This document shows positions 36,759 through 46,002 of a DNA stretch of 59,908 bases, piece after piece (position 1 is the first letter of the stretch; the number at the start of each line of letters is the position of its first letter). The DNA is from a virus (Duplodnaviria; Caudoviricetes), in the IMG/VR virus record IMGVR_UViG_3300033141_003139, positions 1 through 59,908 of that record. One strand, written 5' to 3'. The position numbers and the translations under genes are program-made. The notes beneath the pieces were generated by a model that was not told where the DNA came from, made no database searches, and saw only the letters and a list, made by a program, of their open reading frames with translations.

Positions 36759-36993
36759 CAACTCAATGCTTTTCCTAGATTTTGAGTCACCAAAGACGAT
36801 AATTGCTATGCAGCAAATGCTCGATAGGCTCAGACTCCGTCGAGTGCGGAAAGTAGTTATTAGTCTTGAGTATTTCGAACATCTTCGTGTTGCTCAACGA
36901 AAAGTCGAGCAGCTCAGAGCAATCCTGGAAGATACGGACAAAATCACTATCTCCGAAGAGGAACAAAGGAAGCTTTGTGATGACGAAGAATGA
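36751..36993 (+). CDS. Hypothetical protein
   Basis: AAGGAG RBS; coupled. Confidence 0.5.
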   Translation: MNSNSMLFLDFESPKTIIAMQQMLDRLRLRRVRKVVISLEYFEHLRVAQRKVEQLRAILEDTDKITISEEEQRKLCDDEE

Positions 36994-37411
36994 AACGAAA
37001 GCAAAATGGAACTTGATAAAATATGAGTTTAAGATGCTGCGTGCAACAGCAGAAAACATTCACGGAACGGGCGATTATCAACAGCCACAGTTGAATGCCT
37101 TCCTTGAGTCATTCTTGATTCATGCTCGTAACTTGATCACATTGTTTTTCATCGAAGGAAAAGGTGATGATATTACGGCAAGAGATTTCTTGAGCGACAA
37201 AGGTCAAGCTGAATGGGCAGACTATAGCCTTCGCTCTGGCCTTAGAAAACAGTATTTATGTAAATTACTTCGCCCAATCAATAAAAGGCTTGCTCACATA
37301 ACCAGCTACAGATTGAAGCATTCAGACAAAGAGTGGTTCACATGGGATATTTGGCTTAATATTTCTTATTACTGGGACAAGTTTTTGTCGATCAAAGGAG
37401 AAGAAAAATGA
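36980..37411 (+). CDS. All-helical protein, possibly HEPN-like
   Basis: ESFLIHARNL...INKRLAHIT. Confidence 0.5.
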   Translation: MTKNETKAKWNLIKYEFKMLRATAENIHGTGDYQQPQLNAFLESFLIHARNLITLFFIEGKGDDITARDFLSDKGQAEWADYSLRSGLRKQYLCKLLRPINKRLAHITSYRLKHSDKEWFTWDIWLNISYYWDKFLSIKGEEK

Positions 37412-37860
37412 GCATTATAAATAGATTCAGAGGCAAGTACAGTTTTCTCTCTAACTTTGCTGCCGCCGATGTAGAATTAGATGGTAAGATATATCGGACG
37501 GTAGAACATGCATACCAAGCAGCTAAAACTTGTGATCCTTTTATTCGTTTCGAGATTAGAACTCAACCGACGCCTGCTGATGCCAGGCGACTTGGTCGTA
37601 AGGTTAAACTACGCGATGACTGGGAGTCAAGAAGACTTCAAGTCATGCGAGATTTGCTTTACAAGAAGTTTCAGAGAGCGGATTTGAAGGAACTGCTGTT
37701 ATCAACTGGTGACAGTGAACTTGTAGAAGGCAACTACTGGCATGATAACTATTGGGGTTCGTGTGAATGTTTCAAATGTTCTACTTGTTTGCACCAAAAT
37801 CATCTTGGGAAGTTGTTAATGGAAGTTAGGACACAACTCAGGAGGAGCACAAATGGCTAA
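37408..37860 (+). CDS. NADAR family protein
   Basis: FLSNF, TVEHAYQAAK, ARRLGR, LLSTGD, WHDNYWG, NHLGKLLMEVR. Confidence 0.92.
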   Translation: MSIINRFRGKYSFLSNFAAADVELDGKIYRTVEHAYQAAKTCDPFIRFEIRTQPTPADARRLGRKVKLRDDWESRRLQVMRDLLYKKFQRADLKELLLSTGDSELVEGNYWHDNYWGSCECFKCSTCLHQNHLGKLLMEVRTQLRRSTNG

Positions 37861-38152
37861 GTATCGAAAGAAACCAGTAATCGTCGAAGCAGAGCAATTT
37901 CTTCCTCCGCATAACTGGCCTGAGTGTGTTGAACCTCTGATAGTTTATCGTGGCGTAAGTTCTGCATTATGCGAGGAATGCCACCTTCGTTTCAGCGAGT
38001 CAGAACATGGATGGATATGTACCCGCGAAGGTCTACGAATTGTCTGTCCAGGAGATTGGATTATTACTGGTGTTGAGGGCGAGAAATATCCTTGTAAACC
38101 TCGTATCTTCAGGAAGTCATACGAGCTTGTTGAAGAAGGAGAGAGCGAATGA
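37853..38152 (+). CDS. Conserved phage protein (PGDWII motif)
   Basis: KYRKKPVIVEAEQ..PGDWIITGVEGEKYPCKP. Confidence 0.8.
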   Translation: MAKYRKKPVIVEAEQFLPPHNWPECVEPLIVYRGVSSALCEECHLRFSESEHGWICTREGLRIVCPGDWIITGVEGEKYPCKPRIFRKSYELVEEGESE

Positions 38153-38739
38153 ATTTACTTATATTGGTCACCGTTTCGCTTATAGGAAATGCAATGGATT
38201 TTCGTCATGACGTAAACGGCGATTGTGTAGTGAATGTTCTTGACATCATGGTAATAAGAGCTAACTTAGGCAGAGAAGGAAGTAGTATCGTCCCTACAAC
38301 AGCTGATGTTAATAGAGATGGCGTCTGTAATATGGTCGACTTATTGGCAGTGAGAAGCCAACTTGGAACCTTGTTAGAGAGGGTGTCCGTCTCAGAAGAA
38401 GATCATCGGCCTTTCTATTTCATCAGTGCTTATGAGAGCGGTAGCAAGGTGAGGCGTCTTTGGCATCCAGAACATCGCAACATCCTTTGTTATGTAGGTC
38501 AAGAACTGCCTCTTGTATGGAGCAGACAGTATTTATCTCCTGTGGTAGTTGAGGGAGTGAGATTTTGGTTGAATGACGCAGACGGTCCAGCATTGTTCGC
38601 TTCGATAGAGAATGCAGAGAAACTAATCAAAGTCTATGCCTGGCACAATAAGGCAGATATGTATGAAGTGCAAGAACTTAGAGTAGTGTCTCGTTGGAAG
38701 ATTACAAGAGACATGGGATTTACATATCCCTGGGATTGA
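38149..38739 (+). CDS. Secreted protein with a dockerin-like domain
   Basis: N-terminal hydrophobic signal; paired DVNGDCVVNVLD and DVNRDGVCNMVD Ca-loop repeats. Confidence 0.75.
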   Translation: MNLLILVTVSLIGNAMDFRHDVNGDCVVNVLDIMVIRANLGREGSSIVPTTADVNRDGVCNMVDLLAVRSQLGTLLERVSVSEEDHRPFYFISAYESGSKVRRLWHPEHRNILCYVGQELPLVWSRQYLSPVVVEGVRFWLNDADGPALFASIENAEKLIKVYAWHNKADMYEVQELRVVSRWKITRDMGFTYPWD

Positions 38740-38756
38740 TGTAAGGAGGACAAGAA

Positions 38757-39395
38757 ATGAAAAATGGAGTTTATTGTCCTACTTGTAAGAAGATTGTATC
38801 TTCGGGAGGAATGGATTTTTCTCGGATTGGCGGAAGTCATCCTGATGTAAGAGTTGAGCATAGAGACGAGTGGGGACATTTACAAGACCACGTCTGTCCT
38901 GTTTGCGGAACATCGTTGCAGTCCAGTCCTCCTGGTTGTTTGATAGCTTTCCTTGTCTCTATCCTTCTCTTTATTATTCTATGTGGTGTTATGCAGAAGC
39001 CTTATGGTGGCACTATTCCAAAAGGTAAAGCTCTCACAAGGCATGTTCTTATCTTCAGGAATCTCTATTGGGGAGAGAAAGATGGAGAACCATATCCTGT
39101 TGGCTTGAAGGTAAACCATTTATCCTATGGTCTTTTCTATAGATATTCATTTGAATCAAAAAGAGAGGCTAAGGCACTGTCTCGAAGGTTCCCTGTTGGT
39201 AAGGTGTTCCCTTTAGAGTATCGTATCTATGGATACGACATAGCAAAAGCTACCGCAAAAGGCAGTAAAAACCTTGGTTCGTTCGGTTCTTACAGCGGAA
39301 AAGTAAAGCTCACAGAAAAGGAGATACAGAGTTGGATAAATTCAAAACTTGACGAGGCTAAAGTAGAACACAACAGAATGCCAGAAGGTAAGTGA
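38757..39395 (+). CDS. Zn-ribbon plus TM membrane protein
   Basis: CPTC...CPVC followed by a hydrophobic helix. Confidence 0.6.
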   Translation: MKNGVYCPTCKKIVSSGGMDFSRIGGSHPDVRVEHRDEWGHLQDHVCPVCGTSLQSSPPGCLIAFLVSILLFIILCGVMQKPYGGTIPKGKALTRHVLIFRNLYWGEKDGEPYPVGLKVNHLSYGLFYRYSFESKREAKALSRRFPVGKVFPLEYRIYGYDIAKATAKGSKNLGSFGSYSGKVKLTEKEIQSWINSKLDEAKVEHNRMPEGK

Positions 39396-39509
39396 AGCCT
39401 CAGATATAGTTGCCTCTGATCCTATGAGTGATGAGAGCTATCCTAATTTCCCCTTCGTCGTATCGAAGGGTTGGCTCTATGGTAGTCTTGTCGAAGAAGG
39501 AGAAAGTGA

Positions 39510-39872
39510 ATGTTAGGAATATTTATATGTGTACTTGTCGGTCTTGCTGTTGTATTTACGATTATAGCAGCTGTGTATTATCTTGACCAAACACCTGAAC
39601 AGCGTGCGATAACTGCTGCTAAACGTGAGCTTTTGAAAGAGGAGAAAGGATTACTTGAAAGAATATTTAAGCTCCAACAAGAGGTGTCCAGACTTAAACA
39701 AGAGGCAGATGATAAGAAGCGTTTTGATAAGATTGAGAACCAAAGAGTGAGAGAGCAAAGTAGAGCATTTTACCTAGCGAGAACATACAATATCTGTTTG
39801 GACCAAGCCTGGGAGTTAGCTCAAGATATTGAAACTGGGAAGTTGAGAGAACCGAGAACGAAAGGAGAATAG
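39510..39872 (+). CDS. Membrane-anchored coiled-coil protein
   Basis: N-terminal TM helix and coiled coil. Confidence 0.6.
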   Translation: MLGIFICVLVGLAVVFTIIAAVYYLDQTPEQRAITAAKRELLKEEKGLLERIFKLQQEVSRLKQEADDKKRFDKIENQRVREQSRAFYLARTYNICLDQAWELAQDIETGKLREPRTKGE

Positions 39873-39873
39873 G

Positions 39874-40812
39874 ATGGCTGTTGTTTACCTGTGTGTTGTG
39901 ATTATACTCGCAGCCTGTGGGATACTTTCTATCGTCTGCTACAATCACATGACGGAAGGTTATCGTAAGCTTTCTTTATATAATATGGTTGCAAGTGTTG
40001 TAATCATAGGGTTGTATTCGGCCTATATGTTTGATGAACGAATTAAGGACGCTGAAATAAAGAAGGAGAGCCAACGACAACAAAAGATTCTTGAAGAACA
40101 AAGACAGTCTGAGGTCAAATCTTGGACGAACAAATGGGAGGCTAGTATAGCCAAAGTTCGTGCTGATGCAAAGAAATCTGTAACTGAAGCACGACAGCAA
40201 GCGGAACAGCATATACAAGAGTTGAAAAGTGCTCTGAAACTCGCAGACGAAAATCATGCAATGCACCGAGCAACATCTGATAAAGAAATAGAGAGGTTAC
40301 GTAAGTTAGTAAGAGAGTATCAGAAACAGGTAGAAGACTATGAGAAGGTTCTTACTGAAAATAATGACAAAGCAATATCTCCAAAGCCTACGGTTGCTAA
40401 GTGTGAAAAGCTGCCAAAGCGAAAACCAAAGATTCCTCTTTCTCGCGAATCTATTACTCTTGTTACCAACCGCATTGGAACCTTTGCACGAAAAACTGGA
40501 AATGAGATGGGTCTGTCTGTGGGTTCTGGTTGTGTATATGACATTAAAAGAACTATGTTTCGCATTATCGCACAACGGGAAGCCCAAATGAAAGCAGTGA
40601 AAATCTTGGGCAGATCTGCGGAACAACATTCCCGTTACAATTGGCCCGTGTTTCTTTCAGATAAATTGAAGAAGCAGCTTGAAGGAGCAAGCAGATCATT
40701 AAGAGGTTCACACACTAAAGCAAATGGTGACAGGCTTGTAAAAATCCTTGCAGAGAAATGTCGAAAGCATGCCCTCATGTGTTTACGTGAGATTGATTGG
40801 AAGATTAAGTAA
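39874..40812 (+). CDS. Membrane-anchored coiled-coil protein
   Basis: Two N-terminal TM helices and a long coiled coil. Confidence 0.65.
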   Translation: MAVVYLCVVIILAACGILSIVCYNHMTEGYRKLSLYNMVASVVIIGLYSAYMFDERIKDAEIKKESQRQQKILEEQRQSEVKSWTNKWEASIAKVRADAKKSVTEARQQAEQHIQELKSALKLADENHAMHRATSDKEIERLRKLVREYQKQVEDYEKVLTENNDKAISPKPTVAKCEKLPKRKPKIPLSRESITLVTNRIGTFARKTGNEMGLSVGSGCVYDIKRTMFRIIAQREAQMKAVKILGRSAEQHSRYNWPVFLSDKLKKQLEGASRSLRGSHTKANGDRLVKILAEKCRKHALMCLREIDWKIK

Positions 40813-40833
40813 AGGAAAAAGTTAAGGAGAAGT

Positions 40834-41094
40834 ATGATGATAAGTTGGTTAGCGTCTCATGTTACTGAGGTGTGTGCTATATTTACTTGTGTGTCTGCTG
40901 TTGCTACTATGATAGCAGCTATCGCAACTTGGAGAGAGTCACAAGGTTTAACAAATGCTTGCAGACAAATGGTAAATACATTTGAACAGATGGCCAGAGC
41001 TTCTGAAAGCATGAAGAATCATACACGAGATATACAGTCAAGCATAGGAAACATAGCGAGAACTATACCTTTTCTTGAGAACAGGAGAATGTAG
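40834..41094 (+). CDS. Small membrane protein
   Basis: AAGGAG RBS; one TM helix. Confidence 0.55.
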   Translation: MMISWLASHVTEVCAIFTCVSAVATMIAAIATWRESQGLTNACRQMVNTFEQMARASESMKNHTRDIQSSIGNIARTIPFLENRRM

Positions 41095-41141
41095 CAGAAT
41101 AAAAGAGCTTCATCCTGTTCACCTTTCGTAAGGAGAGTAAA

Positions 41142-41432
41142 ATGAAAGTAGTAATAAATAAATGCTATGGTGGCTTTGGTTTATCATCTAAAGCCGTAGC
41201 AAGATTATACGAACTGCGGGGCCTCTCCTGCACTGATGCAGTTGACAATTCATTTTTCGACATCAATCGAACCGATCCTAACCTTATCAAAGTCGTCCAG
41301 GAACTTGGCAAAGAAGCAAATGGAAGTTATTCCAAGTTGAAGATAGTAACAATACCAGATGACGTTGATTACGAGATCGAAGAGTATGACGGCATGGAAT
41401 GGATTGCTGAGAAACATAGGACATGGGGATAG
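41142..41432 (+). CDS. Conserved phage protein
   Basis: KVVINKCYGGFGLS..RTDP.L..VV..LG..EYDGMEW. Confidence 0.8.
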   Translation: MKVVINKCYGGFGLSSKAVARLYELRGLSCTDAVDNSFFDINRTDPNLIKVVQELGKEANGSYSKLKIVTIPDDVDYEIEEYDGMEWIAEKHRTWG

Positions 41433-41501
41433 TACGAAGGGAACAAACATGAGTAAGAACAAGAAGTCTTACAAGGAAGGTTGTTGCATAAGGAGAACTG
41501 T

Positions 41502-41714
41502 ATGACTCGTTGGCCTGCCCCTAAATTCCAGACTGGGAATTATCCGCGTTCAGCTTCATGTTGCGATGAAGTCGTAATATGTCAAGCTGAGTGGGATGCT
41601 TTGCAAGCCTTATATAATGCAAGTATGAAACTGGACCTGTTTGACTATGGTTTTATACCTGGCAAATCAGACTTCAGTCGTGCACTTGAGTGCATAAAGA
41701 AGCGGGTGTCATAG
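41502..41714 (+). CDS. Hypothetical protein
   Basis: AAGGAG RBS. Confidence 0.55.
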   Translation: MTRWPAPKFQTGNYPRSASCCDEVVICQAEWDALQALYNASMKLDLFDYGFIPGKSDFSRALECIKKRVS

Positions 41715-41810
41715 TTAATGTCTAATCTACGTCCCTCATCTGATGCTCCAGGAAACATGTTAATAAGATGTGAATACATGCTAAATTAACATTAACAAGG
41801 GAGAACTAAT

Positions 41811-42098
41811 ATGAATACACCCTGGACTGCACCGCTTTTCTACCTTGACCATCCAGAAGACGATGATGTAGACCTTCTTGGGATGATTAGAGAAGAAGGG
41901 CTAGGAGGCAAATCGCTCGTAATTTGCGAGGAAAGGGAGTATAGAGCTTTGATCGATATATATGCCTGTGCTAATATGTTGATAGCTGAGAATCCCAATG
42001 TGACTCCAAGTGCTTGGGCAATGGAGAGAGATAAACTAGTTAGGCTTGTAGAGTTTGCTCATAACAGGGGAGTAACTGATGAGCAAAACCAAGAATAA
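41811..42098 (+). CDS. Hypothetical protein
   Basis: GGGAG RBS. Confidence 0.55.
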   Translation: MNTPWTAPLFYLDHPEDDDVDLLGMIREEGLGGKSLVICEEREYRALIDIYACANMLIAENPNVTPSAWAMERDKLVRLVEFAHNRGVTDEQNQE

Positions 42099-42594
42099 GA
42101 AGTTGAAAGCAGGAGGCGCCACCAGCATGGACTCTCAAACGCAGATTGACCTACTGCGATCAGCACTTGATGACAAACTCGAACAAATCCAGGAACTGGA
42201 AGCCGAGAATAAAAAGTTGAAAGCACGTTACAATAAGGAGAGCAACATGCCTGAAAAGCTACGAGCGAAGAATATCAAGAGTACCAAGTATCGCCCTGGA
42301 GCAAAGGAACATACTCGCATCGTACGAGAGCTAACGGTCAAAATAGAAATGCTGGAAAAGCAACTTGCCGCAGCGGAGACGGGGCGTCAACATGCTTTTG
42401 ACTTGTCTGACAAGTATCACGCTGACTTGGAGAAACAGAAAGTCAAGGCGCAAGAAGCCCTCACGCTACTCAATAACGCGCTTGGCCGTGCTGACAAGGC
42501 AGAGAAGGTCATATTAGCAATGCTGTATGAATGGTACCTGCCGGTCAAACAATATTGCGCTAAGGACAAACGGTGTTGCATAAAGGATAAGTAA
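42079..42594 (+). CDS. Coiled-coil protein
   Basis: Heptad pattern. Confidence 0.6.
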   Translation: MSKTKNKKLKAGGATSMDSQTQIDLLRSALDDKLEQIQELEAENKKLKARYNKESNMPEKLRAKNIKSTKYRPGAKEHTRIVRELTVKIEMLEKQLAAAETGRQHAFDLSDKYHADLEKQKVKAQEALTLLNNALGRADKAEKVILAMLYEWYLPVKQYCAKDKRCCIKDK

Positions 42595-42791
42595 TGTTGA
42601 CTAACAAGTATCAATCTACCACCAAGAAAGTATGCAGTCGATGTGGAAGCCGCTTGGATTATCCTACTATTTTTACCGACATCGGGGAGTTTCATACGTT
42701 TCCAGGGGTGCCAGATTCTGTTACCCTTTGTACAAAATGCTACTGTAAACTGCGTGACATGATATTAGCATTTTTCGATGCAACTGTATAG
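42594..42791 (+). CDS. Small zinc-finger protein
   Basis: CSRC...LCTKC. Confidence 0.55.
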   Translation: MLTNKYQSTTKKVCSRCGSRLDYPTIFTDIGEFHTFPGVPDSVTLCTKCYCKLRDMILAFFDATV

Positions 42792-42831
42792 TAGTACTTG
42801 AAGCGATGCTCCAGTAAGAGGAAGGACGAAC

Positions 42832-43026
42832 ATGTCACAAAAACCCAAAGAATGTGCTGTATGTTTTGATACGATTACTATAACACCAGCCAATGACGGC
42901 TCAATCTATTGCTGTAATTGTGGAGTTGGACCATTATGTGATGATTGTTACGTTATGCCGGATTATGACCCCTACTGTTGGGAGTGCTGGGAGATGTTAC
43001 TAGTAGAAAGAGAGAAGCATACGTAA
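42832..43026 (+). CDS. Small Cys-rich protein
   Basis: Four CxxC-type pairs. Confidence 0.55.
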   Translation: MSQKPKECAVCFDTITITPANDGSIYCCNCGVGPLCDDCYVMPDYDPYCWECWEMLLVEREKHT

Positions 43027-43780
43027 CGTGCTGGTTGCCAGCTAGTACTTAGAATAAAAGGAAACGTAAATAATGGAACCAAGGAATTTACTTTGCTATT
43101 ATCTAATCATGCAAGGACACAACTAATGCACGACGACGCTGGAATCGTAAAAAGCCCACGCTCATACTTTGAACCCTACTGCGGTAACATGTTTGATTAC
43201 AACGGCCTCATATTTTACTGCTGGTTTCCTAAGGGCCATAAAGGGCCTCACCAAGCTAGTGGCGTCGACCCAGGTGGCCGTAAGTGGCAACTGCAATGGG
43301 GAGATTATAATCAGGAAAAGTCAGCGAAATAGTTTTGCCGCCTGTATTTTATGCATGCATTTTATCACCGTTTTACTTGAGAATTGCCAGCAAAATAGTA
43401 TAGTATGTCCTGTAACTTGCTTAATTTTTTCTTGCGTTTTACCTCATTTTGGCCATGTAAACGGCCATTTTGCCCTCATTTTATGCTGATTTTGCTTGTA
43501 TATTTGTCTATTTTGCCAGTGCCTTACCTGTACTTTCCCTGTATTCCGAGTATATTTACCCTTGTTTTCCTTGAATTTTAAACCTATTTCATGTATCAGA
43601 CCGTATGAACTTCTCCTGGTTTTTCACATGTGAACACTCATTTTCAGCTGTTTCTTGCCTGTTTTTGGCCTGTTCTTTGGCTGTTTTGGATGTTTCTAAG
43701 GCTTTTTTGCTTGTTTTTCATCCCTGTTTTATACTTGTAATACATAGCAAGCGTTATTGCATTACAAAGTCCCAGTTGGC

Positions 43781-43955
43781 CTAACTCTAGATATAACAAC
43801 AACTTAGATGCTAAAGTACGTACATTTTACTAGTCATGTAAAAGGGACCTATCTAAGTCTAAGTATATCAACGACTTAGCGCCTGCATAGTATTCTATAC
43901 TAAAACACATGAATTACTCAAATTGCACTTAAGTTCAAACAAAATAAGCACTTAC
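43781..43955. repeat. Three 27-bp TAA(G/C)T-N15-ACTTA elements with IHF-like half sites
   Basis: 43781-43807, 43853-43879 and 43929-43955; the second contains TATCAACGACTTA, matching WATCAANNNNTTR. Confidence 0.55.
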
Positions 43956-43968
43956 AAAAAATCAGGAT

Positions 43969-44081
43969 GTGTTACCCATATACTTACTAAGAGAGTCCCT
44001 CGGTGTGCGGAAATGTTATAGTATAATATATATAAGGACCGACAGAGGGGAGGAGACTTTTAGTAAGTATATAGGTAACAC
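43969..44081. repeat. 22-bp inverted repeat around an AT-rich core (candidate origin or packaging site)
   Basis: GTGTTACCCATATACTTACTAA versus TTAGTAAGTATATAGGTAACAC, 21/22 match. Confidence 0.75.
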
Positions 44082-44148
44082 CTTTTTGGTGCTATTTGCC
44101 TACAGGGAGGAAGAACAAGGAAGGACCAGATACCAAGCAGGGCATGCC

Positions 44149-44177
44149 TTGACTTTTCCCGTTGGTTCTATTATAAT
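44149..44177 (+). promoter_or_regulatory. Sigma70-like promoter of the packaging operon
   Basis: TTGACT-17nt-TATAAT. Confidence 0.8.
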
Positions 44178-44234
44178 ACCAGTAGAATAAACTCGTACTG
44201 TTTATCAGGAAGTACCAGGAAGGACAAGTAAGTC

Positions 44235-44651
44235 ATGCCACGGATTATTGGTAACACGTCAAAGGCTCACAAGCTGAGTCGTGTTCGTGAAGTAGCTCGT
44301 TATCTCGGTGAAGGTCATACTCGTGAAGAAGCGTGTGCTTATGCTGAGAGAGAGTGGCACGTATCACGTAGGACAGCAAGGTCTTACCTTGATGATTGTT
44401 TTCGTATACATCTTGAGCATCAAAGCGAGGAGTACCTGCGTGAGCATCTTGCCAAGCACTTGATGATACGACATAAGATTGTAGAAAGAGCTATCGCCGC
44501 TGAACAGTTTGACGCTGCGTTACGAGCAGCGCAAGACCTGGCTAAACTAGAAGGAATAACCCCATCGAGTTTTACTAATGGTAACGAACCAGAAGAAGTA
44601 CAAGCCCAAGTCAAGTTTATCATACAACAGGTGGAACAGCACACAGCCTAG
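44235..44651 (+). CDS. Putative terminase small subunit
   Basis: N-terminal HTH; AALRAAQDLAKLEG; upstream of TerL. Confidence 0.6.
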   Translation: MPRIIGNTSKAHKLSRVREVARYLGEGHTREEACAYAEREWHVSRRTARSYLDDCFRIHLEHQSEEYLREHLAKHLMIRHKIVERAIAAEQFDAALRAAQDLAKLEGITPSSFTNGNEPEEVQAQVKFIIQQVEQHTA

Positions 44652-44695
44652 TACCTGCTAGTACTTGGCACTGATACCAGAATGGAGTATAAGTT

Positions 44696-45187
44696 GTGGC
44701 TCATGCCGAAACTAATGCCTGGCAGATTGTAATTGATAGTCGTGAAAAGCAGCCCCTTGAAGGCTTTCGGCGTGAGACATACGTTGAAAAACTGGACATC
44801 GGGGACTATGCAATCTCCGGCTTTGAGAAACGAATCGCAGTAGAGAGGAAAGGTCGCCAGGAAATATTCACTTGTTGCGGCACGGACATCAAGCGTTTCC
44901 GCAAGCAGCTTAAAAACATGCAGCAACTTGAGTATCCTTACTTGCTCGTTGAAGCTACAATCGACCAGCTGCTTGCTGGTTCCAGGCATAGCGAAATGCC
45001 AGGTAGTGCTGTGGTGCGTAAGCTCGTAGAGCTTCAGATCCAGTATGGGTTTTACCTGGCTCTTGTAGACTCACGGGATGCTGCTAAGTACGTTGAGCTT
45101 ATCTTCGACTCGTGGTATGACTACTATGGGCCTGGAAATCCGTGGCGTGGTACTGGTGGTTATAAAAGAAAAAAAAGGAGAACTTGA
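44696..45187 (+). CDS. ERCC4-domain nuclease
   Basis: IVIDSREKQP, LDIGDY, IAVERK. Confidence 0.88.
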   Translation: MAHAETNAWQIVIDSREKQPLEGFRRETYVEKLDIGDYAISGFEKRIAVERKGRQEIFTCCGTDIKRFRKQLKNMQQLEYPYLLVEATIDQLLAGSRHSEMPGSAVVRKLVELQIQYGFYLALVDSRDAAKYVELIFDSWYDYYGPGNPWRGTGGYKRKKRRT

Positions 45188-45393
45188 TGAGCAAAATATT
45201 CAAGTGGGTAATAATAGTAACAATATGCTTATTTGGAATCATAAGTCCAGCACTTGGAGTTATAATCTTGATAATCAGTTTAAGCTGGTGGTACTTCCAT
45301 AGTCCCGTTGCAAAATATTACCGCAGGCATGCAAAACACAGCTACAAATGCTGGCATAATAGGATACTTGCCGAGGAAAAATCCAGGGAGTAA
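45184..45393 (+). CDS. Small membrane protein
   Basis: Long hydrophobic N-terminus. Confidence 0.5.
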   Translation: MMSKIFKWVIIVTICLFGIISPALGVIILIISLSWWYFHSPVAKYYRRHAKHSYKCWHNRILAEEKSRE

Positions 45394-45399
45394 AAAGTA

Positions 45400-45594
45400 A
45401 TGAAAACTTGTACCGCCGTTGTAGATGGTAACAGAATTCAACTGGACATCAACAAGGAGGACGAAGGTTACAAAGAGTTCGCACTAGTACTGCATGACAT
45501 TGAAAAGTATGGCTGCTTGTCATGGTACGGTGATATATGTCTTCCAGACGGTACCGAAAGGAGCGGTTTGGTTATTACTGCTGGTAAGTACTAA
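45400..45594 (+). CDS. Hypothetical protein
   Basis: GGGAG RBS. Confidence 0.5.
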   Translation: MKTCTAVVDGNRIQLDINKEDEGYKEFALVLHDIEKYGCLSWYGDICLPDGTERSGLVITAGKY

Positions 45595-45602
45595 AGGATA
45601 AA

Positions 45603-45655
45603 GCCCTGTAACCTGTTTAACCGCAGGCTACAGGGCAATCCTGTATTTTTTATTT
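45603..45655 (+). terminator. Possible terminator
   Basis: GCCCTGTAACCTG/CAGGCTACAGGGC stem with a T-rich tail. Confidence 0.45.
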
Positions 45656-45677
45656 ATCTCGACATAGGGAGAAAAAC

Positions 45678-45810
45678 ATGCCGGTAATAGCAAAGGCTGC
45701 TGTCAACAATGACGGTCTTGTAGGGAGCTATGGTAGGAGCGGGTAGCGTGGTTACCAAGAGCGTGCTACCAGGGAGAACTGTTGCTGGTAACCCAGCTCA
45801 CACCTTGTAA
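45678..45810 (+). pseudogene. Remnant of a hexapeptide-repeat acyltransferase
   Basis: 45724-45810 reads GAMVGAGSVVTKSVLPGRTVAGNPAHTL; it is preceded by an in-frame TAG and is out of frame with the RBS/ATG at 45678. Confidence 0.65.
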
Positions 45811-45828
45811 ACGCAATTATATACACGC

Positions 45829-46002
45829 ATGAGTTACGTAAGAATAACCCAATGGAATGACTTGAAGGCAAGACTGAACGGCGCGATATACAGTTTCCGT
45901 GAAGACCATCCTGAAATGACCAAGAAACAATTCAGCCGCATGGTATTATTACTGCTTGGGGAATTGCTCCGTGACTACCAGCAAGAACACGATAAAAGTT
46001 AA
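45829..46002 (+). CDS. 57-aa hypothetical protein
   Basis: Open frame overlapping the TerL start. Confidence 0.4.
   Translation: MSYVRITQWNDLKARLNGAIYSFREDHPEMTKKQFSRMVLLLLGELLRDYQQEHDKS

Noticed and set aside
43781-43955. Three spaced repeats as a mini CRISPR array
   Set aside because: The repeats are too degenerate (only the ends are conserved) and there are no cas genes; the Cas4-like ORF sits in a recombination module
43969-44190. 73-aa ORF over the inverted repeat
   Set aside because: It overlaps the inverted repeat and promoter and lacks an RBS; likely spurious
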